A DNA stretch of 64,000 nt from Candidatus Omnitrophota bacterium (GTDB lineage: Bacteria > Omnitrophota > Gorgyraeia > Zapsychrales > Zapsychraceae): the NCBI GenBank assembly GCA_020053475.1, contig JAGVNC010000084.1, positions 4,201-68,200 on the forward strand. The letters are read 5' to 3'. Of this stretch, positions 19,565 through 28,994 are shown one piece after another. The position numbers were made by a program, and so were the translations under genes. The notes beneath the pieces were generated by a model. That model was not told the DNA's origin, did no database searches, and saw only the letters and a list, made by a program, of their open reading frames with translations. The stretch's first letter is position 1; every line of letters begins with the position of its first letter.

Positions 19565-21154
19565 TTAACAAATCGAATTTTTTGTTCTTTTCCAAGACGT
19601 GAAGAACCCCCCTAAAATACAGAGAAAACATAGATAGATAAAAATATCCCCAAATGCCGTATAGAGGCTTTGGGAAGAATTCAACACCACATCTTCTTTT
19701 TTAAAGCCGGCCACATACGTCATTTTCCCTTGATTGTTTTGAACCCCGCTCGTCAGTCTTCCATACGGATCAATAAAAACACTGACGCCGGTATTGGCAG
19801 AACGGACAAAACTTCGGCGGTTTTCAACGCTCCGGAACACCGTCGACTGCACATGCATCCACGGCGCATTGGAATCCTTAAACCATCCGTCATTGGTGAT
19901 GTTCACTAAAAATTGAGCCCCCTTCTGAGTCAAGCGGCGGGAAAGTTCGGGGACCGCATCTTCAAAACAAATCAAAATCCCCATCACATAAGGGCTCCCC
20001 TGGGTCGATTTGACGGGATCTAGCGATAACGTGTTCAATTCAGCCCCACGGGTAAAATCATCTACCGGGATAATATTTTGCAGAGGCTTAGGGATGCCCC
20101 ATCGGCCCGGCAGATATTCTCCAAAAGGGACCAAATGCACCTTATCATAACGCTGCATGGTTTTCGCGTCGCTTAAAAAAAGAATCGCCGAATTATAATA
20201 TTGGCCCCCTTTTTGTGTCACAGAACCGAAAACAATAGGGATTTTGACCTTTTGCATCATCTGTTTAACCTTCATGAGCAAATTTAAATCCTGCGGCAAA
20301 AATCCCGGGAATGACGTTTCCGGCCAAATCATCAACATCGGCTTTTCTTGGGCCGCTGTTTTAGTCAACGCAATATGTTGATCCAAATTGTCTTCCCAGG
20401 ATTCCGGGCGCCATTTTGATTCCTGAGAAATGTTTGGCTGGATTGTTGTCACGCTGATAATCGGGTTAACGGACCGATCAGACAAACGATAAAATCCATA
20501 CATCAAGACCAGCCCAACAGCAATAACTGTAATCAACAAGCTCTTGAGCAATTCCCGATAAAAAACATTGTCCCGGCGCAAAATCTTCTGGACAATCTCC
20601 TTGAACACATAATTGACCATCACAATCAAAAAAGAGACTCCATACATCCCCGTCACATCGGCAACTTGAATCAACGCTAAATTCTGATATTGGGCATACG
20701 CCAACGATCCCCAATTAAATCCCGTTAAAAAATGTCCGCGAATAAATTCTAATGTCACCCATAAGCTGGGAATCATCATCAATTTGAACGAAATGGACCG
20801 ATGGCCCACCAACGCATAGGACAAACCGAATAAACCAAAATACAAAGACAAATAAAGGATGAATAAGACGACAGCAACGCCGGCCAAGAAAGAAAACCAT
20901 GTGGTCAGATGAAATAACCAATAAAAAACAATCGAACAGAACACAATCCCAAAAACGTATCCCGCTCCGAAAGCCTGGCGCAATGATCGTTCTTCCAAAA
21001 CCCAAAATAGAGGGGCAAGGCCGACCCATGTCAAAATCCACAATCGGGGGGAAAAAAACGGCAGGGCCATCAAGAGAGCCGAAGCGAAGATAAGGATAAT
21101 ATCCCTTCGTCTAAATCCATATCGATTCACGGCGTTTTTGATCGACAACAACAT
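19565..21154 (-). CDS. lnt: Apolipoprotein N-acyltransferase
   Basis: WPET, YDKVHLVPFGEYLP, ICFE, NITNDGWF and RSANTGVS motifs. Confidence 0.96.
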   Translation of the reverse strand: MLLSIKNAVNRYGFRRRDIILIFASALLMALPFFSPRLWILTWVGLAPLFWVLEERSLRQAFGAGYVFGIVFCSIVFYWLFHLTTWFSFLAGVAVVLFILYLSLYFGLFGLSYALVGHRSISFKLMMIPSLWVTLEFIRGHFLTGFNWGSLAYAQYQNLALIQVADVTGMYGVSFLIVMVNYVFKEIVQKILRRDNVFYRELLKSLLITVIAVGLVLMYGFYRLSDRSVNPIISVTTIQPNISQESKWRPESWEDNLDQHIALTKTAAQEKPMLMIWPETSFPGFLPQDLNLLMKVKQMMQKVKIPIVFGSVTQKGGQYYNSAILFLSDAKTMQRYDKVHLVPFGEYLPGRWGIPKPLQNIIPVDDFTRGAELNTLSLDPVKSTQGSPYVMGILICFEDAVPELSRRLTQKGAQFLVNITNDGWFKDSNAPWMHVQSTVFRSVENRRSFVRSANTGVSVFIDPYGRLTSGVQNNQGKMTYVAGFKKEDVVLNSSQSLYTAFGDIFIYLCFLCILGGFFTSWKRTKNSIC

Positions 21155-21155
21155 T

Positions 21156-21701
21156 TTATTGAAAGGCCTCTTTAACCCGCGGGCGGGTAAAATAGAACAT
21201 AAGGGTTAAGGAAAAGACAATATCCAACCCTGTATAAAAAGCAAATGAGATCACCGGGAATAAAGGGAATTTTAACAAAGATGTCCCAATCTGTTCAGGA
21301 AACACTGGGTAAGAATTTTGATCAAATGTCGTGCCGGGGGGGAACATCGTCATGAAAAACTGTTGTTCCTGGAGAAGAGCGATATTTTGAAAAATAAAAA
21401 AAGGGTGTTTCCAGTAAAGGCCGATAAGCGACAAGGCGCACATCACCAATAGGGACTTGCGCGCAACTTCTAAATGCTTTAATAATCCGACAGCGATCGC
21501 GATCGCCATTAATCTCCAGAAGATGGAGATGGCGTAACGGAAAGGAATGATCGCGGCGGGCAATTGCTGAAACATAAATTGATAGTAAGGATAGTTCAAC
21601 AGGCCCAGCAACTTATATGCAGCCGCGAAGATCAGTAACGAGGCGAAAATGGTTATTCCTGAAAGTTTTTTCTTTTCTTCGATGGATGTTGGCCGTATCA
21701 T
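21156..21701 (-). CDS. Hypothetical membrane protein
   Basis: About 4 TM segments and a C-terminal YFTRPRVKEAF; ATGA overlap with the secA stop. Confidence 0.7.
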   Translation of the reverse strand: MIRPTSIEEKKKLSGITIFASLLIFAAAYKLLGLLNYPYYQFMFQQLPAAIIPFRYAISIFWRLMAIAIAVGLLKHLEVARKSLLVMCALSLIGLYWKHPFFIFQNIALLQEQQFFMTMFPPGTTFDQNSYPVFPEQIGTSLLKFPLFPVISFAFYTGLDIVFSLTLMFYFTRPRVKEAFQ

Positions 21702-24682
21702 CGACCGCAACATTTTTTATATTTCTTTCCACTGCCGCAAGGGCAAGGATCGTTACGCCCCACTTTAGGGCCGCTTTTATGGGAAGATGCGACATTCGCC
21801 GCTTCCAAAGAAGCGGCAGGCATCGGTGGCGGGCTTCCCATCTGGCGCTGCTCAGCCATTTGAGCGACTGCTTGCGATAATCCTGAAGCTTCATTGTGAA
21901 TTGTGTGCTGTGGGATGGAGCTAAAAACACCTTTCAACCGCATTGACCGTTGGGCCGGCTGAAGTTTAAAGACCATTTCGACGATTTCTTCATCCATCAT
22001 GTCGTACATGCGCTGGAACATGGCAAAGGCTTCTTTTTTATATTCAATAAGTGGGTCCCGTTGGCCGTAAGAACGTAACCCAATGCCTTCTTTAACTTGG
22101 TCCATCGTATACAGATGGTCTTTCCATTTCAAATCAATCGTGTGCAAAAAGAGCATCCTCTCCATTTGGCGTATTGATTCAGACGAAATCTCTTGCTCCT
22201 TGGCTTGATATTGCGCTTTTAATCCTTCAAGAATCGTGGTGCGAATTTCCTCTGCCGTTTTTTGTTGTAATGTTTCTTTGGATTCATTCAAGGCAAAATT
22301 CAATTTTGACTTAAGGTACAGGTCTAATCCCTCGGAATCAAATCCATCCCCGTGAATGGAAGAATACGTTGCGATGGCCCGATCAATGGTGATTGTCAAT
22401 GAATCAAAGATCAAGTTTTTGATATCCTGGCTGTCTAAAATAAACCGGCGCAGGCTATAAATCACTTCCCGCTGTTTATTCATGACATTGTCGTATTCCA
22501 ACAGATGCTTGCGGATCTCAAAATTGTGCGTTTCCACTTTCTTTTGGGCATTCTCGATGGCATTGGTGAGCCAAGGATGTTCCAGCACCTGGCCCTCTTC
22601 CATTCCTAATCGGTCCATAATGGACATAATCCTGTCCGAGGCGAACAGCCGCATCAAATCGTCCTGCAAAGAAATAAAAAAACGCGAGGATCCCGGATCT
22701 CCCTGACGGCCTTGGCGGCCGCGCAGCTGATTATCGATCCGGCGGGATTCGTGGCGTTCGGTGCCTAACACATGCAACCCTCCGACGCTGACAACTTGAT
22801 CATGCTCTTCTTTGACTTTATCGCGGAACTGCTCCACAAACTTCTTTAATAGTTCTTGTTTCTGTTGATCGCCTTCATCACCTTGTAATTTCTGGGCCAG
22901 CAAACTTTGCGCCAAATGTTCCGCGTTGCCTCCTAAGACAATGTCGGTCCCGCGCCCCGCCATGTTGGTGGCGATCGTGACGGCTTGATAACGTCCGGCC
23001 TGGGCGATAATGTGCGCTTCCATTTCATGAAATTTCGCGTTTAAGACCTGGTGGGCAATCCCCTTTTGCTTGAGCAGGCGGGAGAGCATTTCGGATTTTT
23101 CGATCGAGATGGTCCCGACCAACACCGGTTGGCCGCGCTGATGACAATCGTCGATTTCTTTCACAACGGCGTCGAATTTTTCCTTGAGTGTTTTATAAAC
23201 ACAATCGGAATGATTGACTCTTTGCAATTTTTTGTTGGTGGGGATCACAATAACATCCAAATCGTAGATCTCTTTAAACTCCATCGCTTCCGTATAAGCC
23301 GTCCCCGTCATCCCTGATAATTTTTCGTATAATCGAAAATAATTCTGAAACGTGATCGTCGCCAACGTCTGATTTTCCCGTTCAATTTTAATGCCTTCTT
23401 TGGCCTCGACCGCTTGATGCAACCCATCCGACCAGCGCCGGCCCGGCATCAAACGGCCGGTAAATTCATCGACAATAATGACTTGGCCGTCGCGCAGGAC
23501 ATAATCCACGTCCAAGGCGAAGAACTCTTTAGCCTTGAGCGCCTGAAGAACGTGATGCCGGTATTCGATCGTGTCCATGTCATGGATGTTAGCGACCCCA
23601 AACAATTGGGCCGCCTTTTCCTCTCCGATCTCAGTCAGGGAAATTGATTTCGCTTTTTCATCAGCCAAATACTCAAATCCTTCACCAAGGTTGATTTCTT
23701 GATGTTTAGCATCAATTTCATCTTTTTCCGTAATGCGCCGGCCTTTGAGCTGCTGAGTGATTTGAAAGGCTCTGTAATATTTATCCGTCGATTCCTCCGC
23801 CGGACCGGAAATGATGAGCGGTGTACGGGCCTCGTCAATCAAAATGCTGTCGACTTCGTCCACGATGGCGAAATGATGGCCGCGCTGGACCATCTCTTCC
23901 TTAAAATTGACCATGTTATCGCGCAGATAATCAAACCCAAATTCATTATTCGTTCCATACGTAATATCGCAATTGTAGGCTTGCTGACGGGAGCGCGGGT
24001 CAATATCGTGTTGAATGACCCCGACGGTCAGGCCGAGAAATTCATACAGCGGCCCCATCCACTCCCTGTCGCGTTTGGCCAAATAATCGTTAACGGTGAC
24101 GACGTGGACGCCTTCGCCGGTCAACGCGTTAAGATACGCCGCTAATGTGGCCACAAGCGTCTTTCCTTCCCCGGTCGTCATTTCCGCGATGCTCCCCTGA
24201 TGCAGGACCATCCCGCCGATCAATTGCACGTCGAAATGGCGCATCCGTAAAACGCGTTTGCCCGTCTCGCGCACAACGGCAAAGGCTTCCGGCAAAATTT
24301 CCTCAAGGATTTTCTTTTTCTCTTTGCGATAATCTTCATGGGCCTTATCAATCTGTAAATTTAAATCTTCTTTCTCTTCTTTGTCCGTGTTGCCTTGAAA
24401 ATCTTTTTCCAATTTTTCCAAGGCCTGACGCTTGCCTTGGATGGCCTGCCGGTATTGTTGTTTAAAAATTTGTGCCTTGGCTTTTAATTCGCCGTCACTT
24501 AATTTAGACATGGATTCTTCTAATCCATTGATTTTAGAGACCGTCACGCACATTTTCTTTAATAGGGAAATAGACGGCAGAGGGAGATCCTGATGCAAAA
24601 GCACTTGCACTTTAGGGTTTAAACCGTCAATAAACCGCTGAGTATTCTTTAAAGCAGATTTTTTAATAAAAAAATCAAACAT
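21698..24682 (-). CDS. secA: Preprotein translocase SecA
   Basis: MTTGEGKT, VTVNDYLA, DEVDSILIDEARTPLIISG and SEC-C GRNDPCPCGSGKKYKKCC; exact start uncertain. Confidence 0.98.
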   Translation of the reverse strand: MFDFFIKKSALKNTQRFIDGLNPKVQVLLHQDLPLPSISLLKKMCVTVSKINGLEESMSKLSDGELKAKAQIFKQQYRQAIQGKRQALEKLEKDFQGNTDKEEKEDLNLQIDKAHEDYRKEKKKILEEILPEAFAVVRETGKRVLRMRHFDVQLIGGMVLHQGSIAEMTTGEGKTLVATLAAYLNALTGEGVHVVTVNDYLAKRDREWMGPLYEFLGLTVGVIQHDIDPRSRQQAYNCDITYGTNNEFGFDYLRDNMVNFKEEMVQRGHHFAIVDEVDSILIDEARTPLIISGPAEESTDKYYRAFQITQQLKGRRITEKDEIDAKHQEINLGEGFEYLADEKAKSISLTEIGEEKAAQLFGVANIHDMDTIEYRHHVLQALKAKEFFALDVDYVLRDGQVIIVDEFTGRLMPGRRWSDGLHQAVEAKEGIKIERENQTLATITFQNYFRLYEKLSGMTGTAYTEAMEFKEIYDLDVIVIPTNKKLQRVNHSDCVYKTLKEKFDAVVKEIDDCHQRGQPVLVGTISIEKSEMLSRLLKQKGIAHQVLNAKFHEMEAHIIAQAGRYQAVTIATNMAGRGTDIVLGGNAEHLAQSLLAQKLQGDEGDQQKQELLKKFVEQFRDKVKEEHDQVVSVGGLHVLGTERHESRRIDNQLRGRQGRQGDPGSSRFFISLQDDLMRLFASDRIMSIMDRLGMEEGQVLEHPWLTNAIENAQKKVETHNFEIRKHLLEYDNVMNKQREVIYSLRRFILDSQDIKNLIFDSLTITIDRAIATYSSIHGDGFDSEGLDLYLKSKLNFALNESKETLQQKTAEEIRTTILEGLKAQYQAKEQEISSESIRQMERMLFLHTIDLKWKDHLYTMDQVKEGIGLRSYGQRDPLIEYKKEAFAMFQRMYDMMDEEIVEMVFKLQPAQRSMRLKGVFSSIPQHTIHNEASGLSQAVAQMAEQRQMGSPPPMPAASLEAANVASSHKSGPKVGRNDPCPCGSGKKYKKCCGR

Positions 24683-24695
24683 AATATTTACCATC

Positions 24696-24838
24696 AAATC
24701 CTAAATCCCCCGTGCCGTCCCGGCAGGGACGGTGCAAAACTCTAAACTCTAAATAAATACAAAACTCAAAATCTAAAATATTTTGATCATTTGAATTTTG
24801 GGTTTACTTTGGATTTAGGATTTTGAGTTTAGAGTTTT
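24696..24838. repeat. 7-bp-periodic inverted-repeat element, family A, copy 4, with a nested GC palindrome
   Basis: aaatcct aaatccc [cgtgccgtcccggcagggacggtgc] aaactct aaactct aaat ... tggattt aggattt tgagttt agagttt. Confidence 0.85.
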
Positions 24839-24850
24839 ATTTTAACGTTT

Positions 24851-25952
24851 TTACTCTTTCTTATTTGCCTTCATCCTCAAATACGCCTCAATAAACATAT
24901 CGATGTCCCCATCCATGACTTTCTGCACATTGCCTGTTTCGACATCGGTACGATGGTCTTTGACCATGGTGTAAGGATGCATGACGTACGAACGGATCTG
25001 GCTGCCCCATTCGATTTTTTGCTTTTCTCCTCGTTCCTTAGAGACCAGGGCTTCTTGATCTTTGATTTTTTGTTCATAAAGCCGGGCGCGTAAAATGCGC
25101 ATGGCCACCTGGCGGTTCTGCAACTGCGAGCGCTCGTTCTGGCATTGGACGATGATTCCCGTCGGAATATGTTTAATGCGTACCGCCGATTCCGTCGTAT
25201 TAACGCTCTGTCCACCCGGGCCTGACGAACGAAAAATATCAATCCTTAAATCTTCCGACTTGATCTCAATGTCGATGTCATCCTCAATTTCGGGAATGAT
25301 ATCCACGGATGCAAACGACGTGTGGCGGCGTTTATTGGAATCAAAAGGAGAGATCCGCACCAGCCGGTGGACCCCTTTTTCACTTTTCAGCAGGCCGTAG
25401 GCCATCGGCCCGGTGATCGATAACATGACATTTTTGATGCCCGCTTCTTCTCCCGCGAGAATGTCCAGCGCTTTTAGTTCAAATCCTTTATTCTGCGTCC
25501 ACCGTGTATACAACCGCAAAAGCATGTTGGCCCAATCACATGACTCTGTCCCCCCGGCCCCGGAATTAATGCTAAGGATCGCATTATTTTTATCAAATGG
25601 CCCGCCTAAAATCGTTTGGATTTCGGTCGCACTCGCTTCTTTCTCCAATGCCTGGAGTTCCGATTGGATTTGCGCCGTCATTGCCGCGTCCCCCTCGGCT
25701 AATGTCAGAAATTCTTTTAGATCACTGGCGCGCTTGACGCTATTCTCAAATGGCTCGACGCAACCTTTCAAATACTTTAATTCCCGCATCAATTTGTTGG
25801 CTTGCGCAGAATTGTCCCAGAAGTTCGGCTGGTTCATCTCCTGTTGAATAACGGCAATGGCTTGTTGCTTCTTAGGAAGGTCAAAGAAACCCCCTTAACG
25901 ATTGGAGTTTCCTTTCTAGCACATCAATTCTTTGCTTAATGTCGTCAATCAT
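24851..25952 (-). CDS. prfB: Peptide chain release factor 2 with programmed +1 frameshift
   Basis: SPF and GGQ motifs. The leader MIDDIKQRIDVLERKLQSLRGFL ends in AGGGGG-TTT-CTT-TGA-C (slip site about 25880-25886). Confidence 0.97.
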
Positions 25953-26063
25953 TGGTTACAGGTTGCCCCTTCGTCAACCCATTCGACTTCGCTCCGTGTC
26001 AACAAAAAGTTCATTATAACACAAGCCTTCATTCTCTCAATCAATAACAACTTTACAGCACTG

Positions 26064-27143
26064 TTATTGGAAACTATTCTTAAGCCCCTTCAGGGCCAAA
26101 TCAAATTCATCTTTACTGTCCGCCATGGCCCTCGCGGCCCCAGGATCGACAAACCCGTCTTTGACTAGCCGCACGAGCGATTGCTTGAAGGATTGCATGC
26201 CGAACAGCTCCCCCTCATCGATAAACCCCTGGATCTCCCGGATCCGCCCCTCACGGATCAAGCGCGCGATCATCGGTGTCACGACCATCGTTTCATAGGC
26301 AGGAATACGGCCTCGGCCATCTTTGCGCGGCAGAAGCCTCAACGAAATGGTCCCTCGTAAAATCAGCGATAGTTGGGTGCGCACCTCATCATGCAAATGC
26401 GGGGGGAAAAAATTCACAATGCGCATGATCGTTTGCACGGCATTAATCGTATGAAATGTCGTCATGACAAATGTCCCTAGCTCTGTCGCTGTAATGGCGG
26501 CCTGCATGGTTTCCTGGTCGCGGATATTGCCGATATAAATGATGTCCGGGCTTTGTTGGGTGACATATTTAAGCGCCTGCGGATAGGAGTGAACGTCTAA
26601 CCCCAATTCCCGCTGGTTAATCAGGCTCTTTTTATCAATAAATAAGAATTCAACCGGATCTTCAATCGTAATAATGTGTTTGTTGCAGAGATTATTGATG
26701 TATTCGATCATACTGGCGATCGTCGTGGATTTTCCGTTTCCCGCCGGGCCACAACAGAGAAACAAGCCCTTGCTTTCCTCGCAAAACAGCTTACACACCT
26801 TGGCAGGCAAATAAAGATCTTCAAAATCCTTGATATGGCTATGGACGTAGCGCGCGACCACAACAGGGGTCCCCCGCTGCATAAACACATTGACGCGAAA
26901 GCGGCCAACCCCGGGCTCTTCATGAATAAAGTCAATATCAAAATTCTCCTTGAATTGTTTACGGCGTTGCTCGTTAGACAATAGCAAATTGGTGGCGGCC
27001 AGCATCTCGTCCCGGCCGATCTCGTTATCGCCAACGAGCTGTAATTGGCCGTCGATCCGGACCCGGGGATAAGAACGTATCCGCAAGTAGAGGTCCGAGG
27101 CCCCTTTGTCCACCATCACTTGAAAAAGTTCCCGCAAATTCAT
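26064..27143 (-). CDS. PilT/PilU-family type IV pilus ATPase (atypical Walker B)
   Basis: ASDLYL, GRFRVNVF.QRG, GPAGNGKST, TIEDPVE and TFHT motifs. Confidence 0.9.
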   Translation of the reverse strand: MNLRELFQVMVDKGASDLYLRIRSYPRVRIDGQLQLVGDNEIGRDEMLAATNLLLSNEQRRKQFKENFDIDFIHEEPGVGRFRVNVFMQRGTPVVVARYVHSHIKDFEDLYLPAKVCKLFCEESKGLFLCCGPAGNGKSTTIASMIEYINNLCNKHIITIEDPVEFLFIDKKSLINQRELGLDVHSYPQALKYVTQQSPDIIYIGNIRDQETMQAAITATELGTFVMTTFHTINAVQTIMRIVNFFPPHLHDEVRTQLSLILRGTISLRLLPRKDGRGRIPAYETMVVTPMIARLIREGRIREIQGFIDEGELFGMQSFKQSLVRLVKDGFVDPGAARAMADSKDEFDLALKGLKNSFQ

Positions 27144-27227
27144 GGCGTTGATCCTTTCAGGGGTTCAAAAGAGAATTATTCTAACACGATTTTTTCATCT
27201 TCCCAAGAGTTTCTCTCTCGACCGTGT

Positions 27228-27276
27228 TTTAGGGTTTAAGGTTTAAGGTTTAAGGTTTAAGGTTTAAGATTTAGGG
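27228..27276. repeat. Tandem heptamer (TTTAAGG)n, one-armed family A-like element
   Basis: tttaggg tttaagg tttaagg tttaagg tttaagg tttaaga tttaggg. Confidence 0.9.
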
Positions 27277-27575
27277 GCGAGGATGACCATATATTTTAAA
27301 ACATACAAATACAAAATCATTAGAAATAAATACGTGATCAAAACCAGGCTAAAAGCCCGATTTAGAAAAAAGACGGATCCAAAGATCGAACAGATAAACA
27401 ACACAACCGCAAACCCTAATGCAAAAGGTACAGACAACCGGCCGGATGCAATCGCGCGCATTTTCTTCAAAGGATGATTTTTATCTTGTTCCCTATCGGG
27501 GATATCATTGAGGATATAAATACTGGAAGCCCCCAGGCAGAAAATAATAAACGCCTGACCAAACCTTACAACCAT
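27264..27575 (-). pseudogene. Internal fragment of a UbiA-family (decaprenyl-phosphate phosphoribosyltransferase-like) gene
   Basis: YILNDIPDREQDKNHPLKKMRAIASG motif; only about 100 aa, with the stop codon inside the heptamer array. Confidence 0.75.
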
Positions 27576-27603
27576 CTTCGCCTCCAAACCTTTGCCCCTG
27601 TTC

Positions 27604-28851
27604 CTATTTTGCTCTTCGTTTAAAAACATCTTTCCCTCGCAAAAGCCGATGATAGTTGACCGCAAACCGATGCGCCTCATTGCGAACCCTCTGAAGAAGC
27701 TGGAGGCCTAACGAATCTTCGTTAAGCCGCACCGGAATTCTGCGGTGAGGCAAGAAGATTTCTTCTTCTCTTTTGGCTAAGGCAATCATCGGGATATCGA
27801 TCCCTAATTTTTCTAAGGCCTGACAAGCGCTGGATAATTGCCCTTTCCCTCCGTCGATGACAATCAAATCAGGATAAGATGATCCTTCGTCGCGCAGTCG
27901 TCGGTAGCGTCGTGTCACAATCTCGGCAATCATTCCAAAATCGTCGATGCCCTCAACACTTTTGATGCGAAATCTTCGATAATGGTTCTTATCCGGCTTG
28001 CCGTTTAAAAACGACACCATCGACCCTGTGGCCTGTTGGCCCATGATGTTGGAGATGTCGAATGCTTCGATTCGTTCCGGTGGACGCGGGAGCCCCAAAA
28101 CCATTTTCAGCTGTTCCGCTTCTTTGGTATAATTGATGTCCTTTGTTCCCGAATAAAGAGCCCCGATCGCCCGCAATTGATCACGAATTTTAGCGGCTTT
28201 TTCATAGTGCTGTGCTTTGGTCATTGTTTCCATTTGTTGCCTAAGAGAACGATAAAGCTCATCTTTCTTCCCTTCCAAAATCAAACACACATTGTTGATG
28301 TTTCGACGATATTCTTCTTGAGACATTTTGCCTAAACAAGGCCCTTCACATAAACCGATATGAAAGTCCAAACATTCCTTCTCCGGCAAAGGATGACAAG
28401 TGCGGAAATTAAAAATTTTGCGGATGATCGTCAACGCCTCACGGACCAAACGCGGGGTCACATACGGGCCATAATAACGATTCCCTTCCTGTTTGACGCG
28501 GGGACGCTCAACACTAATGCGCGGGAACGGCTCGTTAGTGATCACAATGTAGGGATAACTTTTGTCATCCCGTAATTCCACATTGTATTTTGGTTTATAT
28601 TCCTTAACGAGGCTGGCCTCCAATAGGAGCGCTTCGGCTTCACTGGCGGTTTCCTGATAGTCAATATCATCGATCTCCCCGACAAGATGGTCGGTTTTGG
28701 TCAACGTTTTGGTCAGCCGAAAATAAGACTGGACACGCTTACGTAAAGAAATGGCCTTCCCTACGTAAATGACCCGGCCTTTAGCATTTTTCATTAAATA
28801 AACGCCGCTTGTCAGGGGAAGCATTCTAATTTTTTCTTTAAGGATCATCAT
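27604..28851 (-). CDS. uvrC: Excinuclease ABC subunit C (compact form)
   Basis: GIY-YIG (GVYLM..IYVGKA..LRKRV.SYF), Cys cluster, UVR motif, RNase H-like EAFDISN..DGGKGQ..RNEAHRFA. Confidence 0.92.
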   Translation of the reverse strand: MMILKEKIRMLPLTSGVYLMKNAKGRVIYVGKAISLRKRVQSYFRLTKTLTKTDHLVGEIDDIDYQETASEAEALLLEASLVKEYKPKYNVELRDDKSYPYIVITNEPFPRISVERPRVKQEGNRYYGPYVTPRLVREALTIIRKIFNFRTCHPLPEKECLDFHIGLCEGPCLGKMSQEEYRRNINNVCLILEGKKDELYRSLRQQMETMTKAQHYEKAAKIRDQLRAIGALYSGTKDINYTKEAEQLKMVLGLPRPPERIEAFDISNIMGQQATGSMVSFLNGKPDKNHYRRFRIKSVEGIDDFGMIAEIVTRRYRRLRDEGSSYPDLIVIDGGKGQLSSACQALEKLGIDIPMIALAKREEEIFLPHRRIPVRLNEDSLGLQLLQRVRNEAHRFAVNYHRLLRGKDVFKRRAK

Positions 28852-28856
28852 AGAAG

Positions 28857-28994
28857 AAGTGAATCGTGAAGAGTGAATTGTCCCGTGGAAGGCAAAGCCT
28901 TCCCGGAATTTTAAATCCCCGAAATCGCGTTGCGATTTCAGGGGATATCTAGCAAGCCTCGAGATACTCTTCACTAGATACTCTTCACTCTTCG
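28857..28994. repeat. Heptamer arms (AGTGAAT/CTTCACT) enclosing a TCCCCGAAATCG-n5-CGATTTCAGGGGA palindrome
   Basis: agtgaat cgtgaag agtgaat ... tccccgaaatcgcgttgcgatttcagggga ... cttcact agatact cttcact. Confidence 0.65.

Noticed and set aside
27228-27276. TTTAGGG/TTTAAGG resemblance to plant telomere repeats
   Set aside because: Short, internal and part of the genome's own heptamer family; no sign of a replicon end or eukaryotic DNA.
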